A stretch of DNA of 64,000 nt from Candidatus Yanofskybacteria bacterium (GCA_903897805.1 CAIUCV010000005.1:2384-66383); one strand, 5' to 3'; numbered from the stretch's first letter, positions 1-12,126 are shown. Notes: generated by a model not told the origin, from the letters alone. A program made the numbers and translations.

Positions 1-204
1 TCTCACCTCGCCCCCGAATCCGGGGCTGATTTTCATGTCATTGAGTTGAGCCGGTCCTACATAGCCCGAGATGAACTTCGGATTGCCGATTGAGGCCGTC
101 CCGTTGACGAGAACCGCGTACTTTCCCTGCGCGGCGGCCGGAATGGCCGCAACGGAGAGCAAAAGAACAACCAAAACACTGACGACGAAAAGCTTCGTTT
201 TCAT
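1..204 (-). CDS. Partial CDS (3' end beyond window): secreted protein with N-terminal signal peptide (MKTKLFVVSVLVVLLLSVAAIPAAAQG...)
   Basis: Reverse-complement of 1..204 reads ATG then a hydrophobic signal peptide and an AQG cleavage-like site. An AAGGAGAAGGG RBS sits 6 nt upstream on the minus strand. Not in the ORF track because it runs off the edge. Confidence 0.4.
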   Translation of the reverse strand, partial: MKTKLFVVSVLVVLLLSVAAIPAAAQGKYAVLVNGTASIGNPKFISGYVGPAQLNDMKISPGFGGEVR

Positions 205-369
205 GACCCTTCTCCTTGTTAAAGAATTGAGGGAAACTTACCCCCTTAATTACATTATACTCCAAGATACCCCCAAAGTCAATACCCCGAAAAAGCTGGA
301 TTTTAAGCCATTTTCAGGGATATATGACTACCAGCGAAAAGATGTATATTATCAACGTCCTTATTTACC

Positions 370-729
370 TCAAAAACTAATCTCAAACGCCCTAGAGATA
401 CCCTGGTAAGTGCCAAGGACTTTTAGCGGAGGGGTTAGGCAATCGGCGGAAGTCAGGGGCACAGGAGGGTTTACTTTGCCGTTTAAAAAGGTCGCGCTAT
501 TAGCCATAACCGGCGCAGTAACGGAACTATGCCTATTTACATAAAGGCACCACTCAATCGCGCTCTCGGCGGCGTAAAGCGCGGTGGATGATTTTTTGAT
601 TTCCGACGATGCTCTTATCTTCGGAATAAAAAGCAAAGAAAGAGTCAGGGCAACTGACAGCAAGAAACCAACGATAAGAACTGCGATAATAACGGCCTGC
701 CCGTCTTGAGATGATTTCATTTCCTTCAT
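370..729 (-). CDS. PilX-like pilus assembly/minor pilin protein (PilX N-terminal domain)
   Basis: N-terminal pattern: Q-G-A-I-I-A-L-I-V hydrophobic segment followed by E-I-K-S-T-A-L-Y-A-A-E-S-A-I-E, typical of PilX_N. Lies at the distal end of the pilin gene array. Confidence 0.5.
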   Translation of the reverse strand: MKEMKSSQDGQAVIIAVLIVGFLLSVALTLSLLFIPKIRASSEIKKSSTALYAAESAIEWCLYVNRHSSVTAPVMANSATFLNGKVNPPVPLTSADCLTPPLKVLGTYQGISRAFEISF

Positions 730-743
730 AAAACTTCTAAAAA

Positions 744-1310
744 TTAGTACTGGTCGGATAAAAATCTCTGTGAAACAGTCGTTTGAATATCAATGCCGGC
801 CTGTTGCTGGGTCTTTTTGCTCCTTATGCTAGCCAGAATCGTAACTCTCGGCTGTTTTTGATCTCCGATCGGCGTCCCCGAAATGCAGAATTGCAGACGG
901 GTAAACTCAATGGTGTTAGAGCTGATGGTGGTCGCCGTCCCACCAACGGTTCTTTGAACCGAAGTGCCATTCAAAGAATAAACAATATTTCCATTGACCG
1001 GATGGGTAATTGACAAACTGGTGGCTGGCGACGATGGGCAATTGGTATCCGGCCCGGAAATCTTGCTAACTCGTATCTCTTTAGCCATTGATTCAAGGAT
1101 ATAATTCGCGTTTTCCTCCGCTTGCTGAATATTGAAGGCCCCTTTCTGCAGCTTAGAAGAGCTTAAAAAGACGGAACTGAAAACGGTCAAAATTATGGAA
1201 AATATTAAGAACGCCGTCAGAATTTCAATCAGCGTAAAACCGGCGTTTAGGGAAAGGTGGCTATTTGAACTTCGGATTTTGTTTGTCATTTGAGCTTTGA
1301 ATTTTGGCAT
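744..1310 (-). CDS. Type IV minor pilin, prepilin-type N-terminal cleavage/methylation domain
   Basis: Prepilin motif NAGFTLIEIL followed by a hydrophobic helix. Part of a contiguous pilin array. Confidence 0.6.
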   Translation of the reverse strand: MPKFKAQMTNKIRSSNSHLSLNAGFTLIEILTAFLIFSIILTVFSSVFLSSSKLQKGAFNIQQAEENANYILESMAKEIRVSKISGPDTNCPSSPATSLSITHPVNGNIVYSLNGTSVQRTVGGTATTISSNTIEFTRLQFCISGTPIGDQKQPRVTILASIRSKKTQQQAGIDIQTTVSQRFLSDQY

Positions 1311-1820
1311 TTATTTCCAATTGAATAGGTGGTCCTCGGCGCTGACGGATTTGGAAACGCCTCTCTCGCTCCAGGTTACCGAAACCACCACCCGTTTCTC
1401 CACGCCGGAAACCGCGCTTATGGTCACGGTACGTTTAAAGATCATATCGTTGCCGGCATCATAGCTCACTAAGCCGTTGCCGCTGTCTTTTTTCAAATAC
1501 GGATCGGGTGAAAGCAAAAGCAGGGCCTGGGAGTTCCACTGGACCCTGTAACTGCCGTCGGGGATTGCGGTGCCGAAAGGATTGCCTGTATACCAGTCGC
1601 TGTCGCGGATATTTCTGACCACTTCCATCCCCTCTTGAACTAAACCGCTTGCTACAAAATTATGTTCCACCAGTGAGGCATCTTTCAGATTATTGGTCAA
1701 AAGAGAAAAAATGGCCGTGAGAGCAACGCTAAAAATAAGAAGCGAAACTAATGCTTCAACAAGGGTAAAGCCAGCATTATTAGGGTGTAGAGTATGGGGT
1801 TTAGGGTTTAGGGAAATCAT
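1311..1820 (-). CDS. Type IV minor pilin (prepilin-type N-terminal domain); start trimmed to internal ATG
   Basis: NNAGFTLVEALVSLLIF class-III signal peptide. The upstream part of the track ORF lacks a signal and overlaps nothing, so Met31 is more plausible as the start. Confidence 0.55.
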   Translation of the reverse strand: MISLNPKPHTLHPNNAGFTLVEALVSLLIFSVALTAIFSLLTNNLKDASLVEHNFVASGLVQEGMEVVRNIRDSDWYTGNPFGTAIPDGSYRVQWNSQALLLLSPDPYLKKDSGNGLVSYDAGNDMIFKRTVTISAVSGVEKRVVVSVTWSERGVSKSVSAEDHLFNWK

Positions 1821-1840
1821 AATTCTTTGCTCTGCTAAGA

Positions 1841-2404
1841 TCAATCGGTCAAATTTAGCTGGCCCGAGGTAGAAACATCTATCTGGGTGCAAGTTTGAGG
1901 GATGCTGCAAGTGGCTTGGCCGGTACGTTGAATGATAATCGTTGCCGTAGGAAGGGGAAGGGTTAAGGAGGCACTGTTATTTATGTAGGTCTTGGGGTCG
2001 GGCGATTCAAAAAAAATATCAAGGAAGCTAGACCTAAGTTCCATATTCTGATTGATAAGCTTCTGGGTCTGCACCACCGAGTCAATGCCGGCTTGATAAT
2101 TGTGATTGGCATCTTGGCACCTCGCCAGCCCCTCGTCCACGCCGGCATATAGAAGATAGGTAGTGTGGTCAACATAATGAATGCCATACCCGCAAAAAAT
2201 ATTCCCGTTAAAGCGGGTACCCGATAAGGCCATGGACTGGGCGTGTCTGATATCGGAAACAATTATTGAGGCGACTTGGCTGCGGGCCGTCCGGTTCCGC
2301 GCGGTGGTCCCGAAATTAAAAAACAAAGCCACCGAAAGGGTAGCGATAATTGCAGTTACCACCAAAACCTCAACTAAAGTGAAACCATTATTGTTTTTAC
2401 TCAT
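1841..2404 (-). CDS. Pseudopilin/minor pilin (GspH/FimT-like), prepilin N-terminal domain
   Basis: MSKNNNGFTLVEVLVV prepilin leader. A GAGGCGAGG RBS precedes the second ATG. Confidence 0.55.
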   Translation of the reverse strand: MSKNNNGFTLVEVLVVTAIIATLSVALFFNFGTTARNRTARSQVASIIVSDIRHAQSMALSGTRFNGNIFCGYGIHYVDHTTYLLYAGVDEGLARCQDANHNYQAGIDSVVQTQKLINQNMELRSSFLDIFFESPDPKTYINNSASLTLPLPTATIIIQRTGQATCSIPQTCTQIDVSTSGQLNLTD

Positions 2405-2801
2405 ACCTCGCCTCAATTAGGTCCCCTTTTTTAATTCCCACTTTGTCCAATTCTCTGACCTTAATCAATTCGCTATTAAGATAAAAGTGCCAGTTTTTAG
2501 GACCGTTTATCGCGCCGTCAATTGAGGCAAGATTAACATCGCCGCTTTTGTCCAAAAAATACCGCAAATCAAAACCCCCGCCCCGAGAAGCAGAGTTCAG
2601 GGCCTGAAGAACGGTCATATCCTTTTCAACCGCCCCTTCAAAAGCTCTTGTTTGGCCATCGCCAAATTTAATCGTTAATCGCGCCGAATCTCCGAGGTTT
2701 GAGGCCGGCAATTTAAAAGTAACGTAGAAAAAAGAAATGCCGACAACTAAAATCAATACAACCCAGAACCAATAATTTTTAAAGGGGTAGTTTGTATTCA
2801 T
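2397..2801 (-). CDS. DUF4430-like membrane-anchored protein
   Basis: Single N-terminal TM helix. C-terminal ...NGPKNWHFYLNSELIKV...KKGDLIEARYE resembles the DUF4430 signature (W.Y.vNg...GDxIeWrY). Confidence 0.4.
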   Translation of the reverse strand: MNTNYPFKNYWFWVVLILVVGISFFYVTFKLPASNLGDSARLTIKFGDGQTRAFEGAVEKDMTVLQALNSASRGGGFDLRYFLDKSGDVNLASIDGAINGPKNWHFYLNSELIKVRELDKVGIKKGDLIEARYE

Positions 2802-2812
2802 ATGCTCTAATT

Positions 2813-3610
2813 TTAAAACAGATTAACTTTAAAAATCAACTGCCTGAAAAACTCCGCAATTCTCTCGGAAACACCGTAATTAAAAAGGGTGGAAACAATT
2901 GCCGAAAAACAAATAAAGGCTCCGAAGGGTAGCTTAGTTTTCAAACTCCCCTTTCCTGAGAAAATAAGTATAAGGCCCACCGCCACCCCTATTATAACGG
3001 CTAGGTACAAAATAAAAACGGAATTCCAAAAACCGAAGACGAGGCCAAGTAATCCGGCAAGTTTGGCATCGCCCAGTCCGATCCCCTTGCCGTTTGAGAA
3101 GCTCCAGATCAGGAAAAAAATCAGGAACAAAAGAACTGCGTTAGCCAGATTGCCGAATGAAAAAATGGAGCCTGCTCCCGCAACTTTCCCCCCCCAAATT
3201 TCATAACAGGCGAAAGCGGCAAGGATCACCACCATCACCGAATCGGCCAAGATGAAATGCTTGAGGTCAATAAAAGCAAGTATGAGGAACGATTCCAGAA
3301 TAAAAACCCAAAAGAGCCAGTAAGCCAAACCGTATGGCGACAAAAAGAAAAATGAAACCGCGACAATTATCCCTGAACATATCTCAATCGCGGGGTAACT
3401 CCAAGAAATTTTATTCCGGCAGTAGCGACACCGGCCCAAAAGAATTAAAAAACTCAAAACCGGCACTAAGTCATACCATTTAAGAGCGTGCCCGCAATCG
3501 GGACATCGGGAGCGTCCGCTGACGAATTGCTCCCCTTTCGGCAGGCGATGGATAACTACGCCGACAAAACTGCCTACGGCAAGGCCAATGAGGAAGATAA
3601 GAAGAGTCAA
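2813..3610 (-). CDS. pilD: Prepilin peptidase (A24 family)
   Basis: N-terminal CPDCGH...CRYCRNKI zinc-binding motif. Polytopic membrane protein with a GLGDAKL catalytic-region motif. Confidence 0.85.
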   Translation of the reverse strand: MTLLIFLIGLAVGSFVGVVIHRLPKGEQFVSGRSRCPDCGHALKWYDLVPVLSFLILLGRCRYCRNKISWSYPAIEICSGIIVAVSFFFLSPYGLAYWLFWVFILESFLILAFIDLKHFILADSVMVVILAAFACYEIWGGKVAGAGSIFSFGNLANAVLLFLIFFLIWSFSNGKGIGLGDAKLAGLLGLVFGFWNSVFILYLAVIIGVAVGLILIFSGKGSLKTKLPFGAFICFSAIVSTLFNYGVSERIAEFFRQLIFKVNLF

Positions 3611-3623
3611 AAAAGTTTAGGGT

Positions 3624-4145
3624 TTATGGCTGGCCGGAATCGTAAATACAATCAGTGGCCGTGCCGGCAACACAGGTTTCAGTGGCACCATTTTGTGCGG
3701 CGCCCGACCATCCGGTTGAATTGATATCGGCATCATTAGTTAGGGCATTCATGTTTTTCTGTTCCAACTCCGCCCAAACCATCATGTGCGATGGGGTGGT
3801 TGCGGGGTTCCAAGCGTAACCATAACAATTAACGCCGCCGACCGCTGTTCCAGCGTAAGTATCGGTACAGCCGGCCGCCAGCGGGTCATGGGGTATATTA
3901 ATCAAATAGGTGGGCTTTAGGGTAGTCATTACATTGGTGGCCAAGTAAGAACCATTATCGTCAAAATACATCTCCAAAGCCGAACGGACCTGGTTGACGT
4001 CAGCAATTCGTTTGGCGTCCCTTGCCTTCGCTCTGGCAACGCCCAGCTGTAACAACAGCAAAGTCGCCAAGATTGAAATAATAGCTATAACCACCAGCAA
4101 CTCGACCAGCGTGAAACCGCGGGAACTTCTTATTTTACTAATCAC
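3624..4145 (-). CDS. pilA: Type IV major pilin (PilA-like)
   Basis: SSRGFTLVELLVVIAIISILA class-III signal and paired Cys in the C-terminal region. Own promoter with two TATAAT boxes in 4146..4289. Confidence 0.7.
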   Translation of the reverse strand: MISKIRSSRGFTLVELLVVIAIISILATLLLLQLGVARAKARDAKRIADVNQVRSALEMYFDDNGSYLATNVMTTLKPTYLINIPHDPLAAGCTDTYAGTAVGGVNCYGYAWNPATTPSHMMVWAELEQKNMNALTNDADINSTGWSGAAQNGATETCVAGTATDCIYDSGQP

Positions 4146-4289
4146 TTTTTATTTGGCACTTGGCGCAGGAAGGCACGTCCAGCAAAAACGCTAAACGCTC
4201 GCCTCACCTAAATGCTATTATACTATTAAAAGATAGTCTAAATTTATTATATGCTGGCTTGAATTTAGAGGCAAATAAGTTATGAACAC

Positions 4290-5498
4290 CTATCCTGCCC
4301 CGACCAAGCTGTATATCGGCAGCAAAACCGCCGAAACCAGACCGGCTACGCCCACGCCCAAAATCAGTATCAGCACCGGTTCTATCAACTGGGAAAGGTT
4401 CTGAACGTCATTTTCGGATTCTGTTTTATAAAATTTGAAAATATTTTCCAGCATAAAGTCAGTCCGGCCGGTTTTTTCTCCAATCGCCAGCATTGAGGTG
4501 AAAAGAGCGGGAAACTCTTTGTATTTTTCAAATATTTCGGAAATGGTCCCTCCGCCCCGGACATTTTCCACCGCCTCTGAAAGAATTCTCTTATAAATGA
4601 CATTGCCCACGACATCCGAAGTTATCGTTAGCCCCTCCAATATCGGCACGCCGGCCTTAATTAAAGTGGAGAGCGTTTCGGCAACGCGGGCAAGATAAAG
4701 ATTTCTTACCACCTTGCCAAATTGGGGCATCTTCACCTTAAAGTTATCAAACCTCTCTCTGCCTCTGGGCGTCTTGATGGAATAAAAGAAGCCAAAAACC
4801 AAGCCGATTATTATAACCAATAATGGGATTATGAATTTATTGATGAAGCCGGTTCCAGCAACAAGAATTTTAGTGGTAAACGGCAAGTCCGTCACGCCGG
4901 CATCTTTGATAATTGAAAGCAGTTGGGGCAACACCGTGGTCATCAAAATAATCGTTATCACTATCATGGCGCATAATATAAAAGCGGGATAAGTAAGCGC
5001 GCCTCTGATCTTGGAGTTTAAGCTCGAGCTTCTTTCCAAATAGTCGGCAAGATATGAAAGGGCATTCTGGAGTTTTCCTGAAACTTCGCCAGTTCTGACC
5101 AAGCTAATATAAAATTTGCCGAAAACCTTACCGTGCTCGCTAAGGGCGACGGAAAGCGAGGCGCCGCCTTCAATTGAAGACGCAATGCTTAAAATAACCT
5201 TCCTGAAAGATTCTTTTTCTACCTGGCGGGCCATAGTGTACAGTCCTTCTACAAGAGGTACGTCCGCGTCAACCAGAGTAGCCATTTGCCTCGTAAACAT
5301 AACCACGTCTTTCTTTGACGGCTTGTTAAATGCTGAAAGCAAATCTTGACCCAAAAGACCCTTTTGGACCGGCTCTAAGCTCAAAACCACCAAATTCTTT
5401 TGGTGGAGCAGGGTTACCGCCTGATCCTCGGAGGGGGCTTCAATCTTGCCCTCTACCAGCTCTCCGCTTTGTTGTTTTGCCCGATAGAGAAATTCCAT
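4290..5498 (-). CDS. pilC: Type IV pilus platform protein PilC (GspF family)
   Basis: 402-aa polytopic membrane protein with the duplicated GspF-domain pattern. Confidence 0.85.
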   Translation of the reverse strand: MEFLYRAKQQSGELVEGKIEAPSEDQAVTLLHQKNLVVLSLEPVQKGLLGQDLLSAFNKPSKKDVVMFTRQMATLVDADVPLVEGLYTMARQVEKESFRKVILSIASSIEGGASLSVALSEHGKVFGKFYISLVRTGEVSGKLQNALSYLADYLERSSSLNSKIRGALTYPAFILCAMIVITIILMTTVLPQLLSIIKDAGVTDLPFTTKILVAGTGFINKFIIPLLVIIIGLVFGFFYSIKTPRGRERFDNFKVKMPQFGKVVRNLYLARVAETLSTLIKAGVPILEGLTITSDVVGNVIYKRILSEAVENVRGGGTISEIFEKYKEFPALFTSMLAIGEKTGRTDFMLENIFKFYKTESENDVQNLSQLIEPVLILILGVGVAGLVSAVLLPIYSLVGAG

Positions 5499-5502
5499 TG
5501 AT

Positions 5503-6570
5503 TTAACGAGCCAGCATTCTCAATTCAGAAGGGTTCAAAGAATAAAACTCCGCCTGCTCCGCTGATATCTCTTTCCGCCTAAGCAAATCTGCCAAAGAAC
5601 GGTTTAAGGAAATCATCCCCGCATCGGAGCCGGTATCAATTGCCAGGTTCAGCTGCTGAATTCTACCGTCCCTAATCAGATTCCTGACCGCCGTGTTGGC
5701 AATCATCAGTTCAACCGCCGGTATCAAGCCGCCTTTCGTGCGGGGGATAAGCCGTTGGGATATCACGCCGGAGATAGTGTCTGCGAGCTGGGATACGATC
5801 TGGCGCTGCTGCTCCGGAGGGAAACTGTCAATAATGCGCTGAACGGTCTGGGCGGCGTTATTCGTATGAAGCGAGGCAAAAACCAGATGTCCCGTCTCGG
5901 CGGCGGAAACGGCGGCGCTCATAGTTTCGTAATCGCGCATCTCCCCCACCATTATCACGTTTACATTCTCGCGAAAAGTTGAGCGCAGCGCCTTGCTGAA
6001 AGAAAGTGTATCTTGATACAGCTCGCGCTGGTCAATGATACTCCGGTCCGGGGAAAAGATATATTCAATCGGGTCCTCAATCGTTACTATTTTCTCCGCT
6101 CGCTCGTGGTTAATAAGGTCAATCAGCGCGGCCATGGTTGTTGACTTGCCGTGGCCATTTGGCCCGGCTACGAGGACAAAACCTTGGGAAAGCTTGCTGA
6201 AAATTTTGATGGCCAGCGGAAGATTAAGCTCTTCAATCGTTCTGATATTTTTCGGGATAAAACGAAAGGCGACTGCAAAATTTCCTCTCGTTTGATAAAC
6301 GTTAGCCCTGCAGCGAACATCGTCGTTCAGTTCATAGGCAAAGTCCAATTCTTTCTGGGCCAGAAATATCGCTTTCCGTTCTTCGCCAAGAATTGAAAAA
6401 ACAAGGTTTTCAAGAAGTTGCCTGTCAAATATCGGCTGTTCAGTAAGCGGAATCAGGCGGCTGTCAACTCTCATTGTGGGATGATGCCCGGGAGACAAAT
6501 GCAAATCCGACCCTCCTTTTTGGGCGGTCATTTCTATAAGGTCGTCTAATTGTTTTTTATAATTGTCCAT
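5503..6570 (-). CDS. pilT: Twitching motility ATPase PilT
   Basis: Walker A GPNGHGKSTT, AIRNLIRDG PilT signature, ~355 aa. Confidence 0.85.
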   Translation of the reverse strand: MDNYKKQLDDLIEMTAQKGGSDLHLSPGHHPTMRVDSRLIPLTEQPIFDRQLLENLVFSILGEERKAIFLAQKELDFAYELNDDVRCRANVYQTRGNFAVAFRFIPKNIRTIEELNLPLAIKIFSKLSQGFVLVAGPNGHGKSTTMAALIDLINHERAEKIVTIEDPIEYIFSPDRSIIDQRELYQDTLSFSKALRSTFRENVNVIMVGEMRDYETMSAAVSAAETGHLVFASLHTNNAAQTVQRIIDSFPPEQQRQIVSQLADTISGVISQRLIPRTKGGLIPAVELMIANTAVRNLIRDGRIQQLNLAIDTGSDAGMISLNRSLADLLRRKEISAEQAEFYSLNPSELRMLAR

Positions 6571-6575
6571 CTTTA

Positions 6576-8408
<1,833 letters not shown>

Positions 8409-8409
<1 letters not shown>

Positions 8410-8693
8410 TAAAATGGCGCAAAAATGTCCAGCCGGCCGGTTGGGCCCGGTTGGACCGGCGATTCACCGAAAGTCTTAAGAGATTTAAATCTGGCATCGT
8501 CAAAAATTGAAAAATCCAAATTAAGGTCCTTGAATTTTGAAAGCGTGTCGTCAGCTGTGACCGGCGGCGAGATTCCCACTTCGCTCCCCTGAATTGTCAT
8601 GGAGAAAAAAAGATAACCGGCGACAATGCCAATGACTATTATTGCTATCGGTATCACTTTGCTCGGATTTTCTTTGCTTGTGCCTGTTGCCAT
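8409..8693 (-). CDS. Small single-pass membrane protein of the pilus operon (hypothetical)
   Basis: The stop shares one nucleotide with the pilB start (TAATG), indicating translational coupling. One TM helix. Confidence 0.4.
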
Positions 8694-8710
8694 GAATAAT
8701 TAGTTAGTAG

Positions 8711-8749
8711 CCCCGACGTTCCAGTCGGGGTCCCGACCTTGCGTCGGGA
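8711..8749 (-). repeat. Two adjacent near-identical hairpins (CCCCGAC-n6-GTCGGGG and TCCCGAC-n5-GTCGGGA) inside the pilus operon
   Basis: Seen directly between the pilO stop and the start of the 94-aa gene. No T-run follows, so this is probably an RNA processing or stability element rather than a terminator. Confidence 0.5.
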
Positions 8750-9286
8750 TTATTTAAGATTATAAGCGTTAAGTTTCACGCTGAAGTTAACCATATTCTG
8801 GCCTCCGCCGGTAGTACTTGTCGTCAGAGAACCGATAATTCCAAAAATGTCGTACAGGCGGAGATTTTGCTCTAATAATTTCAAAAAATTAACAAAAGAG
8901 GGATACTGGCCAATAACGGTAAAATCGACGAATATTTTTTTGTAGCCCGCCTCTTCCCCCGTTTCGGCTGCGGCGGCCGTTGTCATATCGGCCAAACTAA
9001 GACCGGCTTGGTTTGCTATTTGTTGGATGCTTGAAACAATCTGGTCTACCCTTTTTTGTTCCGGCATAAATGTGGTTATTTTATCAATGCCCGCCTGTCT
9101 GGCTTTGTACTGCCCGTCAAGCTCCGCAACGTTTTTCAATTCCGCATTTTTCTCTTCTATCAAGGATTGCCTGACCTGGAGAGCTGCTCTGGCATTCTCA
9201 ATGGAAGTAAACTCCGGCAAAACCAAAACAAAGAACGCGAATGCTCCTGCGGCGAAAACTATGGAGGCAATGAGGGTCCTGTTCAT
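8750..9286 (-). CDS. pilO: Type IV pilus assembly protein PilO-like
   Basis: N-terminal TM then coiled coil. Positioned after pilN with a 4-nt overlap. Confidence 0.55.
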   Translation of the reverse strand: MNRTLIASIVFAAGAFAFFVLVLPEFTSIENARAALQVRQSLIEEKNAELKNVAELDGQYKARQAGIDKITTFMPEQKRVDQIVSSIQQIANQAGLSLADMTTAAAAETGEEAGYKKIFVDFTVIGQYPSFVNFLKLLEQNLRLYDIFGIIGSLTTSTTGGGQNMVNFSVKLNAYNLK

Positions 9287-9846
9287 TTTGATTTGATCAA
9301 AAACTTGGCTGGGTCAAATATCAATTGCATGGTGAAATCAACTTGACCGGTTGGAAGACTGGTTGCCTTATTAAGCACTATATCGGTAATGGAATCGTCG
9401 GCGTAAAAAGCGGCTATTTGTTTGGCTATGGTGGTGTAACTCGCCGCCGTGGCCTGAAAAAGTATTTTTGTCGCCGAGCTGTCTGCGTTAATGGATTTGA
9501 ATTGGACCTGCGGCTGGACTAAGCTTTGCACTTTAGAGAGGCCCTGCGACCAGAATAAATGGGAAGAGATCAGGGGGCCGATCACCGATAATTGGTTCTT
9601 TAGGTCCAGAAGTTTTTGCTCCAGTTTCTTGTCCCGGGATTTTTCCAGCGCCGCCAATTGTTCATCGGCCTGGCTCACGGAAGAAAGGATAGAATTGTTA
9701 TAAAACATAAGTCCGAGATAAATACCCAATATCGCAAGCACGAAAATCGAACTCAAAATTACGAGCCTGTTCTGCCCCGGTACCCGGACCTCTATTTTTT
9801 TCCTTGTTTCTGGGAGGAGCTGAAGTCCTCCCGTATCATCTGGCAT
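9283..9846 (-). CDS. pilN: Type IV pilus assembly protein PilN-like
   Basis: Single TM after a short cytoplasmic N-terminus; follows pilM. Confidence 0.55.
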   Translation of the reverse strand: MPDDTGGLQLLPETRKKIEVRVPGQNRLVILSSIFVLAILGIYLGLMFYNNSILSSVSQADEQLAALEKSRDKKLEQKLLDLKNQLSVIGPLISSHLFWSQGLSKVQSLVQPQVQFKSINADSSATKILFQATAASYTTIAKQIAAFYADDSITDIVLNKATSLPTGQVDFTMQLIFDPAKFLIKSK

Positions 9847-9895
9847 CTAAGTATATTCTAACTCATTTACGGTCTAATGTTATGCACAAGTAATC

Positions 9896-11005
9896 CTAAA
9901 CTTCTCTCATCGCCAAACCGACTGCTATGGCAAAGGTTGAATTGATTTCGGCTTGAAGGCGGACAGCCCCGGCCGGGACGATTACTCTGGCCAAAGAGTT
10001 GCCCAAAGAAACTGTCATCCCAAGCTTTTCTCCAAAATAATCGGCGAAGTTGGGCATATTGGCCAATCCTCCCACAAGCAGAACTTTTGAAATTTTGGTT
10101 TTTTTCTGGTCCTCGTAATTATGGATAGTTTTTTTGGTTTCAAAAGCCATCATATCAACCAGCGAGCTCAACGCCTCGCGTACGGCATTGTTGTCGGAAG
10201 TTTTAATGCCGAAACTTCTTTTCAGCTCCTCGGCCCGCTTCAAACTTATGCCGAGCGAACGGGCGATGGATTTGGTTATTTCAAAACCGCCGATCTCATA
10301 ATTGTGGCCCACCCTCTCAAACCCTCCGTCAACAATCAAAATAGAGGTGCTGCGCCCCCCGATATTAACAATTGCAACCGGGCTAAGGTCGTTGCCAATA
10401 AGCGCCCGGATCAGGGCGGAGTTTTCAAGCTCAAGGGCACGAAGGTTCAAACCGGCATTTTTCATTATTGACTGATAGCGGGCAATTTCTTCTTTTGGCA
10501 CAGCCACGAGAAAAATTTCAACCGTCGGTGGCCGTCCTCCCGGGGCCTGTCCCCCGCTCGGCGGAAACTGGCCCGCTTTTTCTTGGGCCACGTTTATAAT
10601 TGACCAGTCCAGCGTGACTTCGGACAAAGGAATGGGAATATATTTTCTGGCCTCAAAAGGAATGGACTTTGCTATGTCCTCTTCCGAAAGATAGGGCATT
10701 GTAATGATAGTAGCGAAAGTGGAAAAAGACGGGATTGAAGCCACTGTTTCGCGAGTGCTGATTTTGGCTCTTTTTAAAACCTCTTTCACGCCCCATGTTA
10801 GATCTCGGTCGGTTAGTTGAACGGGCTTGTCGCCGAGCGCCTGATTTGAAACCTTCACGGCCTCATCAATTGACTCCAGTTCAAAAAGCCCGTAGTTTTC
10901 CAATTTAAAGCGGCCCGACTCTTTTGACAGCTCAACAACTTTAATAGAAGAGGTGCCGATATCCACCCCTATTTTGCTTTTAGATCTAAAACCAAAAAAG
11001 GTCAT
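9896..11005 (-). CDS. pilM: Type IV pilus assembly ATPase-fold protein PilM
   Basis: VDIGTSSIKVVEL actin-like phosphate-1 motif; 369 aa. Confidence 0.8.
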   Translation of the reverse strand: MTFFGFRSKSKIGVDIGTSSIKVVELSKESGRFKLENYGLFELESIDEAVKVSNQALGDKPVQLTDRDLTWGVKEVLKRAKISTRETVASIPSFSTFATIITMPYLSEEDIAKSIPFEARKYIPIPLSEVTLDWSIINVAQEKAGQFPPSGGQAPGGRPPTVEIFLVAVPKEEIARYQSIMKNAGLNLRALELENSALIRALIGNDLSPVAIVNIGGRSTSILIVDGGFERVGHNYEIGGFEITKSIARSLGISLKRAEELKRSFGIKTSDNNAVREALSSLVDMMAFETKKTIHNYEDQKKTKISKVLLVGGLANMPNFADYFGEKLGMTVSLGNSLARVIVPAGAVRLQAEINSTFAIAVGLAMREV

Positions 11006-11062
11006 GTATTAAAATCCTATCGCTATTGTCATTATACCACCTAAAGCGTTTAAATTGTACAC

Positions 11063-11827
11063 ATGCATACATTCAAGGGCTGGCTTTTGGATCTTCTTTT
11101 CCCCCGTCTATGCCTCGGCTGCGAGATTTCGCTGTCCGACAACAATGAATCCCACGTTTGTTCGGCTTGCCTGGCTGGCATAAAGATGAAAAACGACTTT
11201 GCCTGCGCATTTTGCAACTCGCCGGTGGTCGCCGGTACGACCTGCCCTTTTTGCAGGGCCGACCATTTTCTGGATCGGCTCTTTGTCGCAACATCTTACG
11301 AGAATCCGCTGGTACAAAAAATTATCAAGACGATGAAATACCGCTTTGTAAGGTCGTTGGCCGACGACATGGCCGGGCTTATGGCTAGATATCTTGAGCG
11401 GAGATTTTCGCTGGGTTTTAACATTGACCGCGGTTCAACTGTTGTTGTACCGGTCCCGCTTCATCGCAGGCGGTTAAACTGGCGGGGATTCAATCAGGCA
11501 GAAATTATCGGTAACGGTATCAGCTCTTATTTAAAACTAAACTTTCAGAATCTTCTCGTGCGCATCCGTAATCACGTTCCGCAGGCGCAAATAAGCGACC
11601 GCCAGTCAAGAATTGCCAACGCGACTGGAATTTCTAAATGCATGGAGCCCGAACTGGTGCAAGGCAAAACCATCCTTCTTGTGGATGACGTGGCAACTAC
11701 CGGTTCAACGCTGGATGATTGCGCCCGCGCCCTCAAGGCCGCGGGCGCAAAAGAGGTTATCGGTTTTGTTTTCGCAAGAGGAACATTTGCCTCGGATAAA
11801 AAACTATTGCAACGATCGGAAAAATAG
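11063..11827 (+). CDS. comFC: ComF family competence protein (phosphoribosyltransferase domain)
   Basis: N-terminal C4 zinc finger (CLGC...CSAC...CAFC...CPFC); C-terminal PRTase motif LLVDDVATTGSTL. Confidence 0.7.
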   Translation: MHTFKGWLLDLLFPRLCLGCEISLSDNNESHVCSACLAGIKMKNDFACAFCNSPVVAGTTCPFCRADHFLDRLFVATSYENPLVQKIIKTMKYRFVRSLADDMAGLMARYLERRFSLGFNIDRGSTVVVPVPLHRRRLNWRGFNQAEIIGNGISSYLKLNFQNLLVRIRNHVPQAQISDRQSRIANATGISKCMEPELVQGKTILLVDDVATTGSTLDDCARALKAAGAKEVIGFVFARGTFASDKKLLQRSEK

Positions 11828-11871
11828 TTTAGATTAGGGAATAGTTCTTTATTTGTGAGGGGAGGAAAACA

Positions 11872-12114
11872 ATGCCGGAAATTGGGCAGGGGTATCAAAG
11901 AGTCAGCATTACGATGCCAAGAAACAAAGAAACCGATCCGACTTTTAAAAATATTTTAAAAATCAGGATACTCTTATCTAATGAGGGAGGCGAACCTTCC
12001 GCTCAAGAAGTAGAAACCAAAGCTGCCCTGCTCCTAAAGTGGCTTGGCACTCTTATAAATCCGCGGGTATTAAAACGGTTCGGAGAACTTTTATCCGAAC
12101 ATTTAAAAGGGTAA
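11872..12114 (+). CDS. Small hypothetical protein (80 aa)
   Basis: Strong RBS GAGGGGAGGAAAACA-ATG and an intrinsic terminator immediately downstream. Confidence 0.4.
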   Translation: MPEIGQGYQRVSITMPRNKETDPTFKNILKIRILLSNEGGEPSAQEVETKAALLLKWLGTLINPRVLKRFGELLSEHLKG

Positions 12115-12126
12115 AAGTAAAAACCA